Assembly: GCA_963841435.1 (NCBI GenBank)
Contig: CAWJCS010000002.1
Span: 1,088,001-1,152,000 of the forward strand
DNA: 64,000 nt
Source of the DNA: an uncultured delta proteobacterium
GTDB lineage: Bacteria > Myxococcota_A > Polyangia > Polyangiales > Polyangiaceae
Direction: 5' to 3'
Shown one piece after another: positions 58,040 through 64,000 of this stretch; position 1 is the stretch's first letter, and the number at the start of each line of letters is the position of its first letter. Position numbers and translations under genes: made by a program. The notes beneath the pieces were generated by a model that was not told where the DNA came from, made no database searches, and saw nothing but the letters and a program-made list of their open reading frames with translations.

Positions 58040-59707
58040 TCAGTCGGTGATGTCCGGGGAGGGGCCGTACAGGGTCGGGCGCCAAGTGGCGTAGCCGAAC
58101 TTGTTCTGGCTGCCGGGGCCCTTGATCTCGACGAGCAACGTGCCGTTCTGATCGACCTGGTGCACCACGTCCGCGTTGGAGAAGTCGACGAGCGTGTTGC
58201 CTCCGGGGAGCCGTTGCACGTCGCCCAGGTTCTGGCTCGTGACTCCGGCTTCGTAGCTCGAGATCTTCTTGCCGGTAAAATCGTATTCGATCATCGCCGA
58301 GCTCTTGTTGGCGCCGCCGTTGTTGGCAAAGATCAGGATGCTGTCGGCGAGGAGGTGGTGACCGTGGTTGACGCCGCCCCAGGTCGAGTTGCCGCCTTGG
58401 ACCGTGTCCACCAAGCTCCAGAGCTTTTGCCCGCTGCGACTCACGCGGATCACGTCCTTGTTGACGACGGAGAAGGTGTACTCGTCCTCCGCTTCGGAAT
58501 AGCGCAGCGCGTTGCCGTGGCACTGGTTGCCGAACACGCCGCTGGCAGTGAAGATCTTCTTGGTCGTCCCGCTCGGATCGATCTCCGTGATGTCGTTGCA
58601 GCTCACGCTGTAGTCGAGGTACGCCATCGTGCCCCCGCTCACCGCGGCGATGTCGTGCGAGGACTTCGTCGAGGAATACGTCTGGGGGTTCAGGCCATCC
58701 ATGCCGACGCGGCGGATCGCCTGGCCACCGTTGTCTGCCGTCACGGCCCACAGGTTCTGGCCGTCGTAGCTGATCCTCGCGCGTGCGATACCACCCGTCA
58801 TGCCCGTGTCGTACGCCCAGACGATGTCGCCATCCGCGTCGATGATGAACGCAACCGAGCTGCCCGTTCCGCCCCAGTAGGACAGCACGATGAAGCCGCG
58901 CTCGCGGCCGGTCTCTTGCTTCACGTCGAAGCTTCCGATGCTGACCGCCGTGGTCTTTTCGCCCGTCTGGATGGTGTAGTCGTCGCTCGCGTATTGCATG
59001 CCGCCGGCGGCAGCGACGACGCGGAAGTGATACGTCGTGCTCGGCTTCATCCCGAGCAACAGGGTGCGAAAGTCCGCCTGTGCCAGATCGACCGGGGCTT
59101 GCATGCCGTAGGTCGTGTCTTTGCCGAACTCGAGGTAGGCGCTCGTTGGGGTGATCGTCGTGACCGACCACGTGACGATCCCGACAGTCGTCGGCGCCTT
59201 GGCGTCCACGGCGCTCGCCAGCATCGAGCTCACGGTGAAGAGCGACCCGTTGACGGTGGGCGCGCCGCCCGTGCCGCCGCTTGCCGTGCCGGCGGCCCCC
59301 GCCGTACCCGCCGTGCCCGCCGCCGCGCCCATGCCGCCCGTGGCGTCCATGCCCGCGGCCCCTGCGCCGGAGCCGCCTGCCGCCATCACCCCGCCGCTTC
59401 CGGCGGCCGCTCCCGTGCCGGCCATGCCGCTACCGGCGGCCCCGCCAACGTTGTCGCCGCCTGCACCCGAAGTGCTGCCGCCCGCTCCACCGGTCGGGCT
59501 CAAGGTGCCGCCCGCGCCACTGGTGCCCGCTGACGTTCCAGCCGACGAACCGCCGGCACCCGTGCCCGCGCCGGCGAGCGCACCCGTGCCACCCGTCGCG
59601 CCGCCGGGGGTGGACGTGCCCGACTTCGGATCGGCCTCGCCGCCGCCGCACGCTGCGGCAGTGAGGAGCAGAACGGCCACGCCAACGGATCCTAGTCTTT
59701 TCGACAT
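58040..59707 (-). CDS. Arylsulfotransferase-like (FN3-like + beta-propeller) lipoprotein
   Basis: Lipobox AAAC; LLGMKPSTTYHFRV, IIDADGDIVW, SHD, CHGN, HGHH, GDVQRLPGGNTLV. Confidence 0.75.
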   Translation of the reverse strand: MSKRLGSVGVAVLLLTAAACGGGEADPKSGTSTPGGATGGTGALAGAGTGAGGSSAGTSAGTSGAGGTLSPTGGAGGSTSGAGGDNVGGAAGSGMAGTGAAAGSGGVMAAGGSGAGAAGMDATGGMGAAAGTAGTAGAAGTASGGTGGAPTVNGSLFTVSSMLASAVDAKAPTTVGIVTWSVTTITPTSAYLEFGKDTTYGMQAPVDLAQADFRTLLLGMKPSTTYHFRVVAAAGGMQYASDDYTIQTGEKTTAVSIGSFDVKQETGRERGFIVLSYWGGTGSSVAFIIDADGDIVWAYDTGMTGGIARARISYDGQNLWAVTADNGGQAIRRVGMDGLNPQTYSSTKSSHDIAAVSGGTMAYLDYSVSCNDITEIDPSGTTKKIFTASGVFGNQCHGNALRYSEAEDEYTFSVVNKDVIRVSRSGQKLWSLVDTVQGGNSTWGGVNHGHHLLADSILIFANNGGANKSSAMIEYDFTGKKISSYEAGVTSQNLGDVQRLPGGNTLVDFSNADVVHQVDQNGTLLVEIKGPGSQNKFGYATWRPTLYGPSPDITD

Positions 59708-59941
59708 TCTTCTCGTTCTCCGGCAACCCAAGTCTGGTCGAGCGGGCACCGCTGCCTGCCGGCGCTCATCAGAGCGCTGGTCGTACAGTACAGCCCGCGA
59801 TGGGTCAGCAGGCGCTCGCCGCGCCGGCTGCGTCGCCTTCGATCAGGAGTGGAAGTTAACAGGGTACTCACAGCGGATGAGTCCGCTGTCACTGCGCGAT
59901 CCGGCGCCGGGTTCCGAGGGGTCGTGTGCCCGTGCGTGCCG

Positions 59942-61135
59942 TCACGGGGTGACGCACGACACCTGATAGGTGCTGGTGCAATCGCAGAGGTCGCCACTTT
60001 CGCGCGTCCAGCGCTCGGAGGGCACGTAGCCCCGGCCCTCGTCGAGACACATGAAGTCGAGCGCGTCCGGCAGCACCTTCGAAATCAACGGCGCGGAGGA
60101 GAAGCGGTACAGACCGGCGCCCGCGGGACACGCGCTATGAGGCATCCCGCTCATCGGCAACAGGATCGAGAGATAGCGGCCATCGAGCCAGTTGCCCGTC
60201 GGACCGCGCGTCGCCGAGTACATCACGATCATGCCACCGGTGGCGCCGTAGTGAGTGAAGTCGTTGCCCCGCCCCCGTATCAGACCGTCGTGGCCGATGC
60301 TGGTGGAAATGGCTTGCCCGCCCCAGAACTCTATCACCGCCGCATCGAAGCGCTCTCGGCCGACCGTCTCGAGCCGCGCTTCCATGCCGTAGAGCGAGAC
60401 GCCAACCGTGGCGCCGTCGTTTGCCGCCGCGATCGTCGCCGTCCCTGCTGCGCGCACGTAGTAGCCATCCATGTTCGGCGGGAACTGCTCCCGGTGGATG
60501 GGCATGGTCAGCCCGAGTGAATCGAGCTCGGCGAGCACGTCCTTCACGCAAGCGTCGTTCACGATCGTGCCAGGCGCCGCCAAGCCTCCGGGTGAGCCGG
60601 GATCCAGCGGCGCAGCGTCATCCAAGTCGAGGTATCCGTCGTCGTCGTCATCGTCGTCGCAGGGGTCGGTCAGTCCGTCGCCATCGGTATCGGGGGCGTC
60701 CGCGCACGGGTCGGAAGCGTCGCCACCCGCGCCGCCTTCACCAGCCGGCCCTCCGGAATCGCTCTCGCCGCCCGAGTTCTGGGGGCCCGGCCCGTCGCCT
60801 CCACCGCTGCCGCCGCCCGCGGGCTTCCCTGCGTGGCCGGCGGCATCACCGGCAGCCGCGCCCGAGCCACCGTTCGAAGCAGCACCCGCCATCCCGGCTC
60901 CGCCACCCCGGGGTTCGGTCTCGCTGTCCGCGCCGCCCTTGCCGCCGCCGGTCCCGCCATGGCTGCTGCCAGCGCCGCCCTGGCTCCCCAAGGGTTCCAC
61001 ACCAGGTGCGCCCGACTCACCGCCACCCATCCATTCGTAGTCGCCGGCTTTCGCTGGGGTCCGCTTGCATGCGGGCCCCAGCACGCTGCTCAGAGCGATC
61101 CCACAAACGATTGAGAGCCATCGGGTCCTCGTCAT
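59942..61135 (-). CDS. Lipoprotein with Gly linker and thrombospondin type-3-like Asp-rich motif
   Basis: GPAC lipobox-like; DTDGDGLTDPCDDDDDDDGYLDLDDAAPLDP. Confidence 0.72.
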   Translation of the reverse strand: MTRTRWLSIVCGIALSSVLGPACKRTPAKAGDYEWMGGGESGAPGVEPLGSQGGAGSSHGGTGGGKGGADSETEPRGGGAGMAGAASNGGSGAAAGDAAGHAGKPAGGGSGGGDGPGPQNSGGESDSGGPAGEGGAGGDASDPCADAPDTDGDGLTDPCDDDDDDDGYLDLDDAAPLDPGSPGGLAAPGTIVNDACVKDVLAELDSLGLTMPIHREQFPPNMDGYYVRAAGTATIAAANDGATVGVSLYGMEARLETVGRERFDAAVIEFWGGQAISTSIGHDGLIRGRGNDFTHYGATGGMIVMYSATRGPTGNWLDGRYLSILLPMSGMPHSACPAGAGLYRFSSAPLISKVLPDALDFMCLDEGRGYVPSERWTRESGDLCDCTSTYQVSCVTP

Positions 61136-61348
61136 CGCCGCCCTCCTCAGGGTGCATACCACAAGCTCGTGGCGAGGTGATGAGCTCTCGCCAGCGGCGA
61201 AGTCCGTGACGGCGGCGGCCGGCACGCTCGGGGGCCGGATGCGAGCCAGCGTCGGAGGTCATCGCCGGCTCGTTGGCGCGGAGACGGGCGGGCCGTCATC
61301 TCTGGTTTTCAGAGCCGGGGTGTCGATCTATATGGGCGGAGTAGAGGC

Positions 61349-62725
61349 GTGCAAGAGCTCGAAACGGCCCCGACGGAAAGCGAACGGCTCAGCCGCTCGG
61401 ACTCTGTCCGTGGGCTCGTCTGGGTCCATCCAGAAGACGGCTTCGTCGCTCTGTCGGACGGCAAAGTGAGTCTCGGCCGTGATCGAACGTGCACGGTGCG
61501 ACTGGAGGGGCCCCGCGTGTCACGAGTTCACGCGACCATTCGGCGTGAAGGCGTGCTCCATGTCCTGAAGGACGAGGGCAGTCGCAATGGCACTCGGCGC
61601 AACGGCGAGCCCATCGGCGAGGTGCCACTCGAGGACGACGACGTGGTCCGCATCGGCGACTGGATCGGAGTCGTGGCTCGAGTTCCGGCGGCGGTGGCTC
61701 AGTCCAAGCTGCTCTTCATCGAGCCACTGCCCGGGGTCTTGCTGGGTCCGCGCACGCAGGGGCTCTGGGAGCGGGTTCGCGTCCTTGCCCCGTCGCCCGC
61801 GCACGTGCTCCTGATTGCCCCGACCGGTTGCGGCAAGGAGGTTCTGGCCCGCGCGCTGCACCGAGAGAGCGGGCGAGCGGGGCCGTTCGTGGGCCAAAAT
61901 TGCGCCGCAATGCCCGAGTCGCTCGCGGAGGCCCAACTCTTCGGGCACGTCCGCGGCGCGTTCACCGGCGCTGCCTCCGCGTCGACGGGGCTGTTCGGTG
62001 GGGCCGACGGCGGCACGCTGCTGCTGGACGAAATCGCCGACCTGCCCCTGACCCAACAGGCAAAGCTGCTCCGAGTGATCGAAGAGCGCGCCGTGGTGCC
62101 CCTCGGGGCAGTGACACCGCGCCCGATTGACGTGCGCCTGCTCGCAGCCAGTCAGGTGTCGCTCGCAGAGTACGTCGAGCGTGGTCGCTTCCGGGCCGAT
62201 CTTCTGGCGAGGCTCGGAGGCGCAACGCTCGAGATCCCGCCGCTCTCGGAGCGTCGTGAGGAAACACCGCGCCTCTTCGCGCGCTTCTTCCGAGACGCTG
62301 GCGGGGACCCTCGGCGCTTCCAGGCGTCGCTCGTCGAGCGCCTCTGCACGCTCTATTGGCCCTTCAACGTGCGGCAGCTCAAGCTCGTCGCCGAAAGCAT
62401 GGTGGCGTTCTACCCGGCGGGGCGGCTCAGCGTGTCGCACCTGGATGAATGGCTCGAGGAGAACCGAGGGGGCGCGGCCGGCTCGACGGCGCCGCGCGCT
62501 CCCGAGCCCGTGGCGTCCCGGCTGGAGAGCGAGGAGCGGCCGAGGCCCCCGGGGCGGCGGCGCTCGTCGTGGCTCCGGCGCAACGACGATCAGGCGCGCG
62601 CTCTCAAGGATGCCGTCCGGCGTCATGGAGGCAACGTGTCGAGTGCCGCACGCGAGCTTGGTGTTTCTCGCCAGCGCGCTCAACGTCTGCTCGCTGCCCT
62701 CGAAGAAGCCGAGCGCGCGGGCTAG
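61349..62725 (+). CDS. FHA-domain sigma-54-dependent transcriptional activator
   Basis: LGR..VSRVHA..SRNGT (FHA); TGCGKE Walker [21 protein letters not shown]-terminal [17 protein letters not shown]. Confidence 0.92.
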   Translation: MQELETAPTESERLSRSDSVRGLVWVHPEDGFVALSDGKVSLGRDRTCTVRLEGPRVSRVHATIRREGVLHVLKDEGSRNGTRRNGEPIGEVPLEDDDVVRIGDWIGVVARVPAAVAQSKLLFIEPLPGVLLGPRTQGLWERVRVLAPSPAHVLLIAPTGCGKEVLARALHRESGRAGPFVGQNCAAMPESLAEAQLFGHVRGAFTGAASASTGLFGGADGGTLLLDEIADLPLTQQAKLLRVIEERAVVPLGAVTPRPIDVRLLAASQVSLAEYVERGRFRADLLARLGGATLEIPPLSERREETPRLFARFFRDAGGDPRRFQASLVERLCTLYWPFNVRQLKLVAESMVAFYPAGRLSVSHLDEWLEENRGGAAGSTAPRAPEPVASRLESEERPRPPGRRRSSWLRRNDDQARALKDAVRRHGGNVSSAARELGVSRQRAQRLLAALEEAERAG

Positions 62726-62746
62726 CGTCGCTCCGCGCTTTGCCGT

Positions 62747-63658
62747 TCAGAAGGCGGCGGTCAAGACGCATTGCCCGCCGCGTAGCGAAAGTGCCGCTCG
62801 CGGTTGCTCGGGTTGGGTGAGGACGAGCACGACTCCCGCTCCGAGCAGCGCGGCGCCGGCGCCGAGCGTGCTCCAGCCCACCACCTCGAAGCGCTCGACG
62901 GAGCGAAATGCGGCTCGATTCTCACTCACGGCGCGCTCGTACGCGAGCACGCCGAGCAAGCCCTGCTGGTCGACGACTTCGCCCGACGGTGGCTCTGCGC
63001 CGAGCTCTTGGCGGCCCCGCTCCGCGTCGCGGGCTCGCCCCCCGTTCCAGATCAGGATGCCGGCGCCGGCAGCCACCAGCGCCACGCCCGTCGCACCGAG
63101 CACGATGCCGGTCGTCCGCCCGCGCTCGGCTGACACGAGCGAGTCAACCTCGGCGGGGTGCAAGCAGCCCGGACAGGCCGGACCGACTGCGGGCTTCGTC
63201 GGCGCCTGGCTCGCGGGAGCCGTCGTCTGGGGTGGGCGCGGCTCGGCCATCGCGTCCGTCTCGTTGCGAGCGTCCGTCGCTTCGTCGGCGTCGGCGTGAC
63301 TCTGCGCTTCGCGGCGGTCGAGCTCTTCGAGCAGTCGTTGGATGTCGGTGCGCTGCTCCGAGGTCTCGGGGCCTGCATCGGCGAGAAACTGCTCCGCGTG
63401 CCGGCGTGCCTCGTCGAGCTCGCCGAGATCGAAGCACACCCGAGCGAGGTTGTAGAGGACCGACGGGTGCGGGCTCTCCGCGAAGGCGCGCTCGAACTCT
63501 TCTTTTGCGGGCCGTAGCTCGCCATGACGCACGAGCTCGATGGCTCGGACATAGTGGTCGTGCGCGGCTTGGGGGCTCGCGCGGACCACGGGTGAGCTCA
63601 CAGCGACGCTGAGCGTGACGGCCCAGGCGGCGACTCCCGAGCACCGGCGGAGCTTCAT
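62747..63658 (-). CDS. Secreted TPR protein with C-terminal hydrophobic hairpin
   Basis: Signal peptide; FERAF..SPHPSVLYNLA TPR; C-terminal Gly-rich hydrophobic segments. Confidence 0.8.
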   Translation of the reverse strand: MKLRRCSGVAAWAVTLSVAVSSPVVRASPQAAHDHYVRAIELVRHGELRPAKEEFERAFAESPHPSVLYNLARVCFDLGELDEARRHAEQFLADAGPETSEQRTDIQRLLEELDRREAQSHADADEATDARNETDAMAEPRPPQTTAPASQAPTKPAVGPACPGCLHPAEVDSLVSAERGRTTGIVLGATGVALVAAGAGILIWNGGRARDAERGRQELGAEPPSGEVVDQQGLLGVLAYERAVSENRAAFRSVERFEVVGWSTLGAGAALLGAGVVLVLTQPEQPRAALSLRGGQCVLTAAF

Positions 63659-64000
63659 GGCCCGCGATTCGCTTCGCTGTGCGCGTAGGGACTGGCGACG
63701 ATGTAGCCGGACGGCATTTCCTCTGCCGGCTCCTTGGGGAAGGCTCCAACGCTCGTCGTTTTCGGTTCCGCGCTCGGTCGGCCGGAGGCAGCTTCAGCGC
63801 TCGGCGCGGCGGCCGCTCGCGATCGCGCGCTCGGTGCGCTCCTCTGCGTGCGCGGCTCGGGAGCTCGGGGTGGTGCCGCCGCGGCGGTGACGGGAGCCGG
63901 GAGCGTTTCCTCCGATTTTATCGGGGCGGCGGTGCGTGCGGGCGCTGGGCGAGCCGCGCTTTGTCCGGGAGTAGCGAGGGGCGGCGCGGCGGCGCGGACG
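63655..64000 (-). CDS. 3' end of a Pro/Ala-rich protein (possibly a membrane Ser/Thr kinase tail), partial
   Basis: Frame open from the window edge to ...EMPSGYIVASPYAHSEANRGP*; stop overlaps the TPR gene ATG (ATGA). Confidence 0.6.
   Translation of the reverse strand, partial: VRAAAPPLATPGQSAARPAPARTAAPIKSEETLPAPVTAAAAPPRAPEPRTQRSAPSARSRAAAAPSAEAASGRPSAEPKTTSVGAFPKEPAEEMPSGYIVASPYAHSEANRGP

Noticed and set aside
1-64000. Hundreds of overlapping Arg/Ala/Pro-rich ORFs in the track (e.g. 2408-4780, 29153-31060, 54773-56356)
   Set aside because: Antisense or alternate-frame shadows of motif-bearing genes, with no recognisable motifs of their own

Overview
Very GC-rich bacterial DNA. The gene content (Gly/Ser/Ala-linker lipoproteins, FHA-sigma54 activator, MglA-like GTPase, CglB-like VWA protein, DUF1552/DUF1592 pair) points to a myxobacterium, probably Polyangiaceae (inference). 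Layout: (1) ~0.6-17.3 kb, a surface-glycan region with several GT4/GT-B enzymes, a Wzx flippase, two GT-C enzymes and methyltransferases, interrupted by a visibly lower-GC ~3 kb patch next to a truncated FkbM-like gene. (2) 18.8-26.6 kb, a hexuronate locus (SDR, kdgK, uxaC) with a LarA-family epimerase, a NiCoT-type Ni transporter and a Gfo/Idh/MocA oxidoreductase, but no uxuA/uxaA dehydratase. (3) 26.8-42.6 kb, a dense run of lipoproteins with long flexible tethers around a DUF1552-DUF1592-DUF1566 operon, including a CE12-like esterase and BNR-4, CBM32-like, VWA and Cys-rich proteins, plus a 197 bp MITE-like element with perfect 14 bp terminal inverted repeats. (4) Mixed housekeeping/accessory genes, a second tethered-lipoprotein group, and an FHA-sigma54/TPR module. 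At least five genes have single-base frameshifts that look like sequencing errors. No rRNA, tRNA, CRISPR array or transposase was recognised. All family calls come from motif recognition by eye, not database searches.
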